From NCBI RefSeq assembly GCF_000181795.1, contig NW_003526944.1, positions 3,370,410-3,434,409 on the forward strand: DNA of 64,000 bases. Reading direction: 5' to 3'. The translations under genes and the position numbers were made by a program. Source of the DNA: Trichinella spiralis (lineage: Eukaryota). The notes below the pieces were generated by a model. The model was not told the origin of the DNA. It made no database searches and saw only the letters and a list, made by a program, of their open reading frames with translations. Below are positions 41,217-55,449 of this stretch, piece by piece. Position 1 is the first letter of the stretch, and every line of letters begins with the position of its first letter.

Positions 41217-42039
41217 NNNNNNNNNNNNNNNNNNNNNNNNNNNNNNNNNNNNNNNNNNNNNNNNNNNNNNNNNNNNNNNNNNNNNNNNNNNNNNNNNNNN
41301 NNNNNNNNNNNNNNNNNNNNNNNNNNNNNNNNNNNNNNNNNNNNNNNNNNNNNNNNNNNNNNNNNNNNNNNNNNNNNNNNNNNNNNNNNNNNNNNNNNNN
41401 NNNNNNNNNNNNNNNNNNNNNNNNNNNNNNNNNNNNNNNNNNNNNNNNNNNNNNNNNNNNNNNNNNNNNNNNNNNNNNNNNNNNNNNNNNNNNNNNNNNN
41501 NNNNNNNNNNNNNNNNNNNNNNNNNNNNNNNNNNNNNNNNNNNNNNNNNNNNNNNNNNNNNNNNNNNNNNNNNNNNNNNNNNNNNNNNNNNNNNNNNNNN
41601 NNNNNNNNNNNNNNNNNNNNNNNNNNNNNNNNNNNNNNNNNNNNNNNNNNNNNNNNNNNNNNNNNNNNNNNNNNNNNNNNNNNNNNNNNNNNNNNNNNNN
41701 NNNNNNNNNNNNNNNNNNNNNNNNNNNNNNNNNNNNNNNNNNNNNNNNNNNNNNNNNNNNNNNNNNNNNNNNNNNNNNNNNNNNNNNNNNNNNNNNNNNN
41801 NNNNNNNNNNNNNNNNNNNNNNNNNNNNNNNNNNNNNNNNNNNNNNNNNNNNNNNNNNNNNNNNNNNNNNNNNNNNNNNNNNNNNNNNNNNNNNNNNNNN
41901 NNNNNNNNNNNNNNNNNNNNNNNNNNNNNNNNNNNNNNNNNNNNNNNNNNNNNNNNNNNNNNNNNNNNNNNNNNNNNNNNNNNNNNNNNNNNNNNNNNNN
42001 NNNNNNNNNNNNNNNNNNNNNNNNNNNNNNNNNNNNNNN
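41217..42039. other. Assembly gap (823 N)
   Basis: Run of n characters. Confidence 1.
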
Positions 42040-43060
42040 GTCCACTACCAAAAAAAGGATCCTCAAGTTCAAACTAAAGATTTTCCATAACAATACTTAT
42101 TAATATCACTTCTAATACAAATAACTGTTTTTTTTCAACATTATACATAAAAATGAATTTTTTATTCACAAAATGTTTGTTTGCTTCAAGTTGTTTTTGA
42201 TTTCTTAATTTTTTGTAGCATGTACATTTTGAGAAATTCAAATCTTGTTTGTGTTTTATATTTTGAATGTTGAGATGCTGCTTTAAAATCAGTTTGAAAT
42301 TTTAATTATTCCAATTAGAACATGTTATTGTATGCTTCTTCTAAAAGAAGCTAAAGTTTCTTACATTTCTGAGGAAAATTTACACTTGCTAACAGTAGCA
42401 ATATTGATTAATTTTCTGATCATGAAATATCCTTTCTTTGTTATTTTCACTTTGCGATCATGAAAAATTGTTTGTGAAATGTACATTGTTGCATTTGCTT
42501 GTTATGGTGGAGTTTCCATTTTACATTCGCATAAATTTAGAATGAATCAACAAGAAATATATATATATTATATGTTGCGTGTAAATGGTTTTCTTCTGCA
42601 AATTTAATTTCACCTTATTGAATGCAGAAGCTTTTGCATTGTTGAGATTGCAGATTGCGCTTCAATTGGTTTCCAATCATACTGCTTCTAAATTTTCAAA
42701 ATATATGTACAAAATTGATTTTATCTGATCAAAAGGTTTCTCTGGGGATAAATTCTGTGTTGACCAATTGATTGCTGGAGTATGCTTTTTAGTAAATACC
42801 TTTTGTTCAACGTCAGAAATGTGGAGTATATTTGCAAAGTCACTGGATGAAATGCAATTGAAAATTAATGAGTCGAGTAAAGATTCTTCATTAAGATTGT
42901 TAATAGTAAGTGAAAGTGTTAGTTTCAAATTTGTACCCAAGGCGAAAAGTCTTCCTCGTTTCAAAATTTTTCATGTGAAAATTTTTCCGGTAAAATTTCT
43001 TCAGCTGATTAATTTTATAGCGTTAAGCAGTTATTATTGACAAATTTTCTATTCGACTAA

Positions 43061-43963
43061 ATGGCGGCTACAATGAAGCTTCTGTCCAAAAGGTAATCTT
43101 CTGATCAATAACTCGTATAAATTCTTCTTTGATATTTCATTTCATTTAAATTTATTGCTTTGCGATTATCAGTCTACTGTTCACCAGTGCTATTATTGGC
43201 ATTAATAACGATGAAAAGGTTAGTTGACTGATTGTAATTTTAATCTTTTAACAAGTTGACAATTTCTGATGAAGGCTTTTTGCAAAATTTTTAAAAATAT
43301 CCCATTTCTACTCCGTTCGATTCGTTTTGATAATTTTTGCATGTGAACTGTAGAAAAACTTTCCAACCGTTGACTGAGCTATTGAAAGGAAAGGTTCTGA
43401 TGAAGATGGTCAACGGTCAACCGAGAAAAGTGGAACCTGTAGAGCATCTGAAAAGTAAAGTGGTGGCATTGTATTTTTCAGCCCACTGGTGTCCACCGTG
43501 TCGAGCTTTTACGCCAGTTTTGAAAGTTTGCCAATTTGAAATTCATTTACTAGCTTTGTACATTTTGTAGCTATCTTGATTTTCACTAGGACTTTTATGA
43601 AGAAGTTGGGGATGATGAATTTGAAATTGTATTTGTTAGCTTTGATCGAGCCGCAGAAGCTTTGACTCAGTACATGAATGAGATGCACGGCAGTTGGTGT
43701 TATCTGCCGTTCGGTAGTCCAGTAATCAAGTAAATTATTGTTGTTGAATAATTTTTTTTGCCATAAAATATAAAGATCATTCTGTTTTGAAATTACTTAG
43801 ACAATTATCAGATCAGTACGACATTCATGGTGTACCTGTGTTGGTGATTATTAAACCGTCTGGTGAAGTGGTTAAAAGCAATGCTCGGGCTGATATTATG
43901 GGGCAGACAGTGAAACCTCCGAAAGAAACATTTCAAGGATGGAAAGTTGCATGTGGATTATAA
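43061..43963 (+). CDS. Nucleoredoxin/tryparedoxin-like thioredoxin (WCPPC), copy 1, 4 exons
   Basis: MAATMKLLSKR|KTFQPLTELLKG..KVVALYFSAHWCPPCRAFTPVLK|DFYEEVGDDEFEIVFVSFDR..HGSWCYLPF..|QLSDQYDIHGVPVLVIIKPSGEVV..ACGL*. Confidence 0.92.
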
Positions 43964-45902
43964 ATAGAAGAAAGCATTTCTTTCACTTAATTACTTTATG
44001 TCTCAGTGTAATGTTATGGTCGTTGCCGTGGCGTTTTTTTAATGTAAGTGAAGAGAGGCACTGATACTTTTGTTTCTCTTGACTGCCGAAGATAAAGAAA
44101 TTGTATCATCTGTAGTAAATAGATGCTCAAACAGAGATGAAGTATTTTTATATACGGATACATATAGGCAAAATTGTAATGTAATGTAATGTGTAATGCA
44201 TTTGGAAAAATTGATTTTTAGAAATGTCATTATGAGTTTTCACTTTTTCTTCTTCATTCCATCTAATGTGGCAAAATATCGTCGCGTTATGTTTTTGAAA
44301 TATTCAAGTTTTTCAAAGTGGCAAATGCATCAACTTTGAATAAATCTTGAGTAAATAATGGAAAATATGGATGAAAAATTTTTATAACGCACAGAAGCTT
44401 TGCTTTTTCCAACAGTAGTGACGTGCTCATTCATTCTGGTCATAGTAAAATTTTGATGAACTAGTTCATTTTCTGCGTCATATAAATGCATTTGCATACG
44501 CGTTAAAGTTTGGATTATGTGACGAACTGATACTGTCTGCTGCACTTTTCAGATATATTTCTGAAATCCTAAATATCAGGACACGAAAAACGTTTGTTAA
44601 TATGAAAATTTTGAATTTAGAAAACAATAAACAAACTTTTGTAGAGCAATAATTGGATTGTTCATGCAAGATAAAAGTAAATTTTACAAAATGAATTGAT
44701 TTTTATTTGTAATTTTAATAACTGAATGAAAATTGGCAAATTTTTATCATGTTCTACTATAAGTGTCACATGATGCTTCATTAATGCAAAGTTTGACGTC
44801 TCAGTTTCATTTTTAATGTAAATTTTAATTTTTATAGCACAATATTTATTTCAATCGTCATTAGCTTTGTCCAACAACAACAGCAATTATTACATGTGTT
44901 TTCGTCAACAATACTGTAGTCAGTTGGCATTAATTCATGAACATCACAGCACTGTTATACTGTACTGTAGTGTTACCCTGTGTTGATAGTGACAAATTTT
45001 GTTAATTTTTTAAAGGTATGTTTTTTTGGGAAATTTCACTTGTAGTTTTGCTAATTTAATTTAAAATTCAGTTCTTAACGCTTATTTTATCAATGCAGCA
45101 GTTTGTCAATCATTGATATAAATAAAGCATGCGGTAAATGGGCTTTGCTTGTTTACGCTTTGCATATAATAAAGAATTTTTCCAGCTCATTTCCAGTTTG
45201 CACCAACTCATTAATAAATATGCATGAGTTGTTTTGATAGAAAAGCTCAATCCATTTTGATGGTTGGAATCTTTTTCTAAAAAAAATTATTCAACTGATA
45301 TATGTTTTCACTTTATTAAATTATCAAATAATTGATTTTCCAAAAATACAAATTTTGCTGCGTGGTAATCAAATGAATTATTGGAAAATTAATTTTGAAA
45401 AAGAATTGTATGTGAAGAACAAAATCGACAGATTCGTTTGTTCTGGATATTTTGTGCTTTGCTTTTTAAATAGTGAAACAACAATTCGCCGTTACAATTG
45501 GGGGGGGGGGTTACTGTTGACTTTTCTTTTCAAACACAGATTGTTTCATAATTTTGCCATTCTTGAATGCTAGCAATGAATTTTGTTTGTAATTCGTGTG
45601 CAATTTATTTTTTCTCCATTGAATTCTGTGCTGTCGAACTGGCGGTCATTGTTATAATGCAAATGCCAGGGGGTTATTTTTCTTTCCAATGCACACACAA
45701 ATACATTGGTAAGTGAACAATTAACCCAGTAGTGTGTTGATTTGTCAGGTCTTGTTTAAACATCTTGTATTCATGGTATCCATTAATTAGTTCACCTAGT
45801 TGTAAGTAGGTTGTGCGTACGTAGTTTGTCACGTAGCTTTGGGAAAATTTTACCTACGACGAAATATAGCTAGCTTTCAATTTTAGCATCATTTGCAGAA
45901 GG

Positions 45903-46508
45903 ATGGCAGAAAAATTGGAAGGGAAAACTTTGATGAAGGTTTTCAACGGCCAATCGTCGAAAGTTAACGCAAGCGAGCATTTGAAAAACAAAGTCGTAGC
46001 GTTGTATTTTTCCGCACATTGGTGTCCACCGTGTCGCAGTTTCACGCCAGTATTGAAGGTTTGAATGGTTTTATCTGTTCTGTCACTTTATAATTGATTT
46101 TTAATTTTCTTATAAATGCATTTTTGCTTGTTGAATTTTAGGATTTTTATGAAGAAGTAGGCGATAAAGATTTCGAAGTGATTTTCGTTAGCTTCGATCG
46201 CAGTGAAGCGGATTTGGCAACTTATTTGAACGAAGCACACGGCGATTGGTGCTATTTGCCTTTTGGAGATCCACTGATCAGGTGAGTTGTTTGTTCTTCT
46301 TGCAACTTGAGCTGTGCAAGTAATGTGAAAAGCATTTTGTTTCAGAGAATTGTCGGAACTGTACAATGTGCAAGGCATTCCTGCATTGATAGTGATCAAA
46401 TCTTCTGGGGAAGTTGTGACAAATAATGGACGATCTGAAGTTATGGGGCAAACGTCGATCCCTCCGGCAGAGGTCTTGAAACGATGGAAAACTGAATGTG
46501 GAATTTAA
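45903..46508 (+). CDS. Nucleoredoxin/tryparedoxin-like thioredoxin (WCPPC), copy 2, 3 coding exons
   Basis: MAEKLEGKTLMK..KVVALYFSAHWCPPCRSFTPVLK|DFYEEVGDKDFEVIFVSFDRSE..HGDWCYLPFG..|ELSELYNVQGIPALIVIKSSGEVV..ECGI*. A probable 5' UTR intron donor lies at about 45709. Confidence 0.93.
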
Positions 46509-46999
46509 ACAAATCAGCTATACAGTATCCATTAATAATAATAATAAGGAAGTTTAATGATACAGCTGTCACTATGATGAAAAATTTATTATTCTACAAT
46601 TTTAATATTTATTGATTTATTTATTTATTTATCGATCAATTGATTATTCGTATTTTATAAAGTGATTCTGGAATTTAGTAAAATTAGTGTATGGTTGGAA
46701 AAAGAAACAAACGCCATTTCATTCATTTCAACTGTCAACGGAAAGTGTGCATGCAGTGGTAGATGCTGAAGTGAGTGTCGTTGTTGAATATACTGTACTG
46801 GCGCAATTTGTTGACTTGTTTGTCATAATACGGTGTAAATGGGGTTTTCACAAGGGCAGCATTTTGTTTAGCTCAGGCAGAAGAACAACACATACATTCC
46901 GTGCTGCAAGTAAATAAAGTTGATGACATGTACCTTGTAGAAGAAACAAATTTGTTTTTTTTCACTAACTCTATACACGGCAGGGTGGCTGGCTGGTAG

Positions 47000-49900
47000 C
47001 TACTCGGGCAGCTTATTTTGCTGCGCAATGTACTCCTTCCATTTCATACGATTTTCAGGTATGATCTTCATCCAGGGCTGTGACATGCGGAAATCGTCTA
47101 TCGAATTCAACTGTTTCGGTCTGGAGTAAAATATCGATGCACTGATCATTGATGGGAATGGATATATAAATTTGCATAATTGTTGCACTCACCTCTCGCC
47201 GGAACCGCTGTCGAAAGCTTGCAGCACCGGTTCGAGCAGCTTCGCGAGCAGTTCGCTGCAGATGATCATCGTCGGTTCGACGATGAAATCAATGAACGCG
47301 ATCTGTGAGTCCGCAATGTTGACAGTGAGACGATCGCAAAGCGGCGAGATTGGATTTCCCATCGCCATTTCCAAATCACCCTTGAAACAAATGAAAAATC
47401 AAATTTTAATGAATCCAAAATTGTAAACAACAAACAGCATTGTGTGTGATCAATACCTGTCTAAAAAATTCTTCCATCAGTTGCTCTGTCCAGCGAAAGT
47501 GAAATGGCCAGATTTTCGCAGGATGCGAAATGTCGCTGCAGTGGATTAAAAAGCTTAGAGCCTTGGTTTTGTCAATTCTATGATATGAATAAAAAAGCGG
47601 ATTTTGTATTAGCTGGTCGAGTAGAATTAATCTTTGTTTTTAGTATTTCATTTTTTTACATTTTCCATTTATTATACATATTTTTATAAACTGAAACGAA
47701 TTGCTTGTTACATTAATCAAGAAAAAAACATAAAAGTTTCTTAATTTCTACAGTATTACCATAAAATGGACCTTGATTACTCGATTTGGTATAATTTTGA
47801 AATGTACGTCAGAAGAATATGCATGTATTCGTACAAAAAGAATACTGATGAAAGTTTTCATTTCGAAAGAACGTTTCCCTTCTATCAAAGTAGCGAACTG
47901 CTTCTACTTACTCTTCGTCAGAAGTGATCATTTGCTTTACATCTTTGACTTGAGCAAAATGCGTTGACATGTCCGTACAAAGGACAATTTCAATCACCAA
48001 ATTACGAAATTGCCTAAAAGTTACGCAAATCAATTGTGGTTGATTATTCATTTGCCAAATCAAAGTAAGCAAATTTATTGATTATTTAAATGTGATCTGA
48101 ATTTAAAATGCGCCATGTCTAAATTAATCAGTTTTAAATTATACCGAATTTCTTCTTTGGTAAGTTTTTCCAGAATGTTATATTGGCTAGAGTCGTGCAT
48201 TAGACGAAATATGGCACTGACGTGATGATTCTCTAGCACAGATCGATCGTTGTAAATTAATGCATAATCACTGCTACTTTGTACGTGATAGTTATTAGTA
48301 TGGCCAGTATGTTCAAAATCGTGTACCATTGCTGCGAAAAGATAAGCAAACAACTCCAAATCCGTCAGACATTCCTAACGTATAAAGTATTAATGGGCCT
48401 CTTGAAATAAAGAAAAAAATTCATAAAATTTACCACTAAGCCCGACTGAGCTAGAAGCCAGTGAGCTGTTTGAGTAACATCTGCAGCATGCACTAGGTTA
48501 TGATAGGGATTGTTGTGCTTGCTGTAGCCTTGTTGCAGCTTATTTAGAAACGCTTCAAATTTCACCATCGGAATCTATAATTTCCTTTTTATATACATAT
48601 CATTATGAAATATTTGTTTATAAAATTTATTAAAAAGAAAATTTTCAACCATTTATTGTTTTATTTCAGGCATAATTGTTGTCCATTGTTTAATGACAAA
48701 TTAACATTTCACAGTTTACGCCTGGCAACAAAACATTTTAAAGTGCTGTAGTAGAAAACAGTTAATTGCTGATCTGTTTCAGTTAACTTCATGATTTCAG
48801 AAGGTAAGTGCTTTTTGACAGTTATTTTTTACTGACTTAAAGAAACGTTAGAAATGAAGCATTGTTTATTTGTAACCTATGAATTGTACTTCAAGGCCTA
48901 TTTGTGTTGGTAGTGTTTAGGGAGATTTTTTAAAGTACTCTTAGAATAAAGCAAAATGTAGAAAATGATTAATTGATCGTGTAAAGTAAACGGAATGGTC
49001 GTACTGTCTGTTTTGTATGTAAATATTTGTCAACACTTATTACTGTTGCATTGAAGAAAATATTGGCATTAGAATTATTCGAAATTATGTTCAAAATTTC
49101 AAATCTCTTGACATTTCTGTTAAAATTTCATAATAATTTCTGGGATAATTTATTTAATTAAGGTTAGTGGTGATTGTTTTACCTTGTATTTGTTGAGAAA
49201 GTTGTACTTGCTGAACAATGCCATGCTGACGCATTTTAATGCGTTGTTTTCACTCAGTTCATTTAAAAGAAAAACGTCAAAATTCCAATCGTTGATATTC
49301 TAGCAGGGAATTAATTGTTAGTGTATATATTTTTGAAAAAATACCAAAAATGATCGTGGTTACTTTCAGCAGTTCAGCCACATTGTCTGGCACTATATCT
49401 AATCCTGATGACATGCTTCGTCTCGCTAGTCTAAACAGAAATGGTACAAAAACTGTATTGAATATGTCGGATGGGTCAGAAATTTCAAAAATAAAATCCA
49501 GTTTAGGGTTATAAATTGTGATTCGGTAATGTTCAATTGTTTTACCTGTCAAATCGTATCCCAGATCGAATTGCATTGGCAACGGATTTGAAAGACACTT
49601 TTTGATGTTGTTCATTGACAGATTGAGTGAATGTCAAAGCTAACCACTTTCTTACTTCTTCTGGTACATCTTCGCTATCAATCTGATCGATCTGTTCTTC
49701 AACCTGAAGTCTGAAAATGCAAAATTTCTAGCTAATATATAGTCATTTTTCAACATCTCTAAATTGTCTATATCTACGTGCAGTGCACCTCAAGGTTGCC
49801 TATCAAATAAGCAAACTTTTGCATAAAAAACTTTCAATTTTCAAATTGTAAAATTGGTGATTTATTGTTTTGAAATTTAATTGATATTATCATATTGATG

Positions 49901-51919
49901 TTGTGGAAAATGGAATTTTTCTTTCTCATAATTATTTACTTGGTTCAATTAAATTTATATTGCTGGCATTTTTAGCAGAACATTTAAAATTGTTCAATTA
50001 GAAAAAGTTGCTGCAGTGCAATGCGCATTCATTGATTTATTCTTTTTCTTCTTCTAATAATGAAGATAAATTTTTATCCAATTTAAAAATTTCAAAATTG
50101 AAATCAAATCTACACTTCATTCTCATTTATGTAAATTAGTTTACTGTGGAAAGTTGTTTGTTTAATTTTTGATCAACACCAATCTACTATATTGTGTTGC
50201 AGATTGAATTTTATTTGATTTGCTACTTTTATTTTCAAGCAACTCTCATGATGAAAATTGAATTAATTGTACAACATATTTCAGTATTCAATGTGAAGTT
50301 TAGTATTTCACAACACCTTTTCTAGTGCTTATTATAGAAAATTTAATTAATGAACATTTTTCAATGCTCATTCGCACGTCAAGCTTATTTCATGCTCATA
50401 CGCAGTGATGCGATTAGTTGTGGGACGTGTGTTAATTTTACTTTTGAATTGTTGTTAAGTATTATTTATATATGATATTTTTCCTCTTTTTGAATCAGCA
50501 TTAATTTTATAACATTGAAAACGTGGTAAGTTATTATTCTATTCTATTCTAATCTGATCTTTATCTGGTCTGTTTGCTTACTGAATAAACAATACCTGGC
50601 CATGCTGAGACATTAATTTCAATCAAACATGCAATCAATCAACAGACGGCGGGAGATGAACGGACACACACACACACACACACACTGAGTGAGTGAGAGG
50701 AATGGAAGGAAAGGAGGAAATCCAAGCATGCAATAATTAATTGGAAATGTACAAGCAATTAAGTTGTTCAGCCTGATGACTGCTTTCTGTTGCTCAGTTA
50801 ATAGGAAGGTAATAATTCATTTACATTCAGCGGAGCATTTATCATTAGCTTACTACAGGTCGTTTGAATCTCACAATGACCAGCAGCAGTTGGAATGCTT
50901 GTTTATTGAAAATACAACAACAACTAGTATTGCTGCTATTACTATTTAATCCCACAAAATATGCGTGCATTAACGGAAGTTGGTTCATCATCAACAAGCT
51001 ATTGTAGTTTGATTTCAACATGGAATTTTGAAGCATCTCAATAATATTGTGTGTGAAAGTTTTGTATTAGAGCTAAACGAATCCGTTTCCCGGCAACCTG
51101 ATTCATACGTAGAAACAGGTCAACAATTGCTTTTTCCACTTGGGGCTAGTTCGATTTTTCTCAATTCTAAACAAGCTACAAATGTTTAAGCTAATAGATG
51201 AAGAAGAAGAAGAAGAACAAAAAAAATTGAAACAATATCAGTTTCTTGTACAAATTGAATTATTTTTTGTAAAAGATGAAAATATAATGTGTGTGCGTGC
51301 GTGCATGTGTGATATGGGTTGGTATATTTGTGCAAGTAATAGTTTTTTTTAGTTATTAGGTATAGGTGTGATGCAGTGCTGGTATATAGACAGGGACAAG
51401 TTGGAAAATGTGAAGTTAGTGATTGATTAATTGATTAAAAAAATTTCACTTCACCGATATGCGTGCGTGGATTGTTGGATAGAATTGTTCAAAACGCAAA
51501 TGGCCCTCCCGCAATTTATGTGAAATTAACAATTTTACGTTGGTTAAATTGCAAGCCTACCGGCAAGAGTCAACGTATGTAGATTCCAATATTGAGGCGG
51601 CGTATTCTAAGTTGTCGATCAAATCTTTGGACGACATCTCACCACGGTGCATTTGGTAGATGATGTAGCGTAGTCTGAAAAGTATCAGAATCACCAGACT
51701 GAGAGGGATAGAGAGAGAGGGATGAAAGGTGAGAGCATGGTTGTGAGAAAATGAATGGAAATGGATGGAAGCAACAACGACGTGTCAAGAGGAACGTTTG
51801 GTTGGAATTTTTCAAAATTTCATCCCATATGAAAAAAAACATCCACTGCTGACGTCGGGGTTTTACCTGCAAGCATGCTTGCGCAACGTGAGAAAGTAGA
51901 ACTGACTTGAATGGTCCAT
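47000..51919 (-). CDS. pde-1: Ca2+/calmodulin-dependent 3',5'-cyclic nucleotide phosphodiesterase 1, multi-exon
   Basis: R|LRYIIYQMHRGE..NLEYAASILESTYVD, VPEEVRKWLALTFT..FKSVANAIRSGI, NPYHNLVHAADVTQT, HDFEHTGHTNNYH, YNDRSVLENHH, LIHCSDISHPAK, GNPISPLCDR..SQIAFIDFIVEPT. The proximal first exon is inferred as MDHSSQFYFLTLRKHACR. The last exon is uncertain. Confidence 0.92.
50664..50685. repeat. (CA)n microsatellite in a pde-1 intron
   Basis: acacacac run. Confidence 0.9.
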
Positions 51920-54904
51920 GAGTTGAAAATTCTGTTGACTGGCCAGTGGATCGGTAATTGCCGGTCCGGCGACTGCGAGCCGGTGGTGACGTCGACAGTA
52001 GAAAATTCTGTACGGATGAATTGTGACGGATATGGTCCCGGACGAACAACTAGATGCTAGCCAAATAAGCAAGCGCTTGTGATGGCAGATGTTCTGCTGG
52101 TGTGGTGGTGGTGGTGATGGTGGTGGGGCGGTGCAAACCGTTGCCAACACTGTGATTTGTCGCTTTGATCGAACGGCTGCCAACTTGGTCGACCAATTTC
52201 CCGTCCCTTTCCGTGTTGTTCACGTGAAATCAATGGCAGCCGGCCGCCGCTTCCGATAGCTGCTAACAGAAGCCGTAGCGGATGTAGGCGGCGCAATATC
52301 ATCACAACATCACATTTCAATTTTTTCCTTTCGAACGATTTTTTAGTTTATTGTTGTTGATGATAATATTTGAACTCATTTTATTTTGCAAAATTTTACA
52401 AGCATATTCTTCTTTACCACTTTTTGAAAATGACCATTTATTAAGTGCTTTGTTAAAAACAAAACATCAATTAACATTTTCTTCTCTGCAATGTCCGTTT
52501 TGTGCTGCTTATTTATTGAACGAAATGAAAATTCCCCAATTCACGCTCTTTCAAGGTATTTAATTAGCATTCTATGATAGCATCTTTGAAAATCAACAAC
52601 AACAACAACAACAGCATATTTTATATAACAAGAAACTTTTCCATTTGCACAACTTTTCAAAAAATTTAAAACAACATTTACCCCCTGTTGCTTGTTTGTA
52701 CAAATGTTTGATTTAATTTAATCGGGATTTATTTTCTCTTGCAATAGTTCCATCCTAACAAATGAACAATGGAAAAAAAAGATAGACAGAGGGAGACAGA
52801 TATGAAAGCCTTTCTTTGTCAGTGATTTCAATTTATTCAGCTATATCTATAGCAACTGTAGCAGTAGAATGAGAAATCAATTCTATGGCGACGTCAATTG
52901 AGACAACATAAAAATTACGGAAATAAAGAGAGTATATTTTTACCCCTTCATCTTCACCGTATACGTAACCTGTATACTCGAATAAGCAGAATTAATGAGA
53001 ATAAACTTTGGCTGTTTGTTTCTTTTTTCCATTATAATTTTAATGTGAAATGTCTGAATTTTTGATACTTTGAGAAATCAAAAAGAACGAAACATGTACG
53101 CGTGTATATTTCATTTTTTATTTATGCGTGTTAAATTATATATAATTAATCTAACTTATGTTTATTTAATTTTTTTTGAATAACATCTTTCAAACATCTT
53201 CAACTGTGCTAAATACAACACTGTGCAGGAGAAGTCAAGGCAACAATGTCGACAATAGTTATGACAATTTTGATAATTTGTGAAAAAAGAATTCCAATTT
53301 CTATAATATACATGTTTGCTTTGTTGATTTTTATCACGTTTGAAAACCATAACTCACAGATATGATTTAGAGCATGGGGTAACGGTTTGATGATGCTTGC
53401 AGAAAGTGTGCGAGCTATCCCGCTGGGTATTTGATGAAAAGTCTTTCCTACTTTTAAAAATCATTAAGTTTATCACTTTGATTTTAATTTTTCATAATTG
53501 ACATCACCGCATGAAATATTTGAATAAGCTGTTCTATAATCTAAATGATTTGTGAATATTTTACGCGTATCATACTTTTTAATTAATGCATTTGCTTTAT
53601 GGAGAGGCTTTTGATACCTTTGGCCAAAGGCTAACAAACTGAAAGGTAGTGCATGGTCAACAGAGAGCATGTGCTTATTGCTGATTAAGAAAAATACTGT
53701 ATTCAATTAAATAATGCTCGTTGATTAATAATGCTCAGCTTTGAGTGTAATATAGAATGTTTTGAACAACAACTTTTCATTCTGCTGACTGCAATGTTGA
53801 ATCGAAGTGATTTTTAACTTTTGAAAAAAAAAATTCTTTTTTGAATTATAAATAATAAGATTAATCTCATATTTATTTAAATAATATCCGTTGAATTTTG
53901 AATCAAAGGCAAAACTGAAAAGTTCATTTATATCTGAATGTTTTGCTGGTGTGATATTAGTAATAAATCTTAAAACAGTAGAATATTTTAGAAAAGTAGT
54001 TATTAAATTTTGAGAGTTTAAAAGGTTGAAAATGTAAATGAGTTTTTGAGAAAACTGTAATTCTTCATCATCTTCTTTTTCTTTTGTTGCCTGGCTACTG
54101 TAACATAAAGCCTGCAGATACAGCATTAGAACGGTGCGGATATAATGATGATTATGATGATAAATAATGGCAATTCAGTGATGCTAGAAAACATTGTCAA
54201 GCCAAATATGACGCAGTTTAGCCAAGAATGAATGAAACCTGCATTTACTTTCATTTTGCAAACAAGAGCAGAATGACAATTGTCTAAACTAAACTGAGCC
54301 GAGCGAGCTACATCAAACCAATGCACCAGCAACAGGGCTTCTTTTGTGGCAACTGTTGCTGTTGTTATAGTTCAATAGTTTTTTTTTCATCTTCCAAGTC
54401 GGATATTTTGCACAATTGTGCTAAGATTCTATTTTGGCTGACTTTAGCAGATTTGGCATTTTCATGAAAATTGAAAATAATTTATTCAATCGATGAAATC
54501 TTTTGTTAAGAGATCAATCGATGTTAATTACAGAAAGGGATAAATTGTACAATGGAATGAATATGTTTTTCCTTGCTTTCAAACTCCCAGTGGATTGAAA
54601 ATTATTTAAAAAAAGAAAGAAAGAAAACTTTCTTCTCAAGATTAAAATTGACATGTATTACTGAAATTTCAAAACGAATAATTGCATACGGTATTCTGTT
54701 GATTAATTTGCGACATTTTCAAAAAAAATTTTAAAGCAATTATTATTATTCATTGTAAGTTTATACGTAAAGTTTTACATATGTAGATGCGCGCACGCAT
54801 ATCTTATACTCTTCTTTATTTGCTCTGTTGAATGAATGGAAATAAGTTCATTCATAACTAACTGATTTGCATAGAAGTATAGGAAATTATTAGGCAATTC
54901 TTAC

Positions 54905-55029
54905 TTTTTAAATTTTCGCAAAAGCATGCCAGCGGCGTTGATCAACCTCATAACAACACGGCTAGAATTGGAAATTGTTGAGCCTGTATTTTGTCGTTGA
55001 TCGGCTGAATTATTGTTGATCATATTCAT
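54905..55029 (-). CDS. pde-1: Candidate alternative first coding exon of pde-1
   Basis: ATG..MNMINNNSADQRQNTGSTISNSSRVVMRLINAAGMLLRKFKK ends in a strong phase-2 donor (AA|GTAAGA). This matches the phase-2 acceptor of the LRYIIY exon. Confidence 0.55.
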
Positions 55030-55397
55030 CGAATTGCAATGCAATGCAGTGCAGTGGTACTTTTGTGAAAAGTGGAAAAGACAGAGAGAAAAGGTAATTT
55101 GGTGAATGGGTTGCTAAAAGCTTAGTAGTAGTTTTTCTTTTTTGCAGCAGTGTAGCAGTGCTAATCTATCAAGCTATTATTAATTTATAAGGACAACACG
55201 GCAAGCTGTAAAATCACGCAGCTCCGCCTACTTGATTACTCCAAAAATGATATATGTCTAATCGGAATGTTCACTTTCCAGTTACTAGTCTATAATAATT
55301 AATCAATTGTTCTTTTTTTCCTCTTGGTTTCATTTTTTGAACTTTTCAAGCTGATAAAATATTACTTTTTCTTTATAATATTTTAATATAATCAATG

Positions 55398-55399
<2 letters not shown>

Positions 55400-55443
<44 letters not shown>
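55400..55443. repeat. (TA)n microsatellite, about 21 units
   Basis: Perfect TA run. Confidence 0.95.

Positions 55444-55449
<6 letters not shown>

Noticed and set aside
41212..42093. 293-aa minus-strand ORF and the 628-aa length given for eIF3e
   Set aside because: Both are artefacts of translating the N gap.
42427..42436. Second ATATCCTTT motif
   Set aside because: It is intergenic, with no convincing CCTTAAC branch point or flanking exons.
42677..43040. Overlapping 90-95 aa ORFs on both strands
   Set aside because: No recognisable domain or supported exon chain.
44039..44669. Exon-like minus-strand fragments between the thioredoxins
   Set aside because: Stops occur in all joinable frames and I recognised no homology.
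49501..49510. gtttagggtt telomere-like word
   Set aside because: It is a single unit in an intron, and it shows that such words arise by chance.
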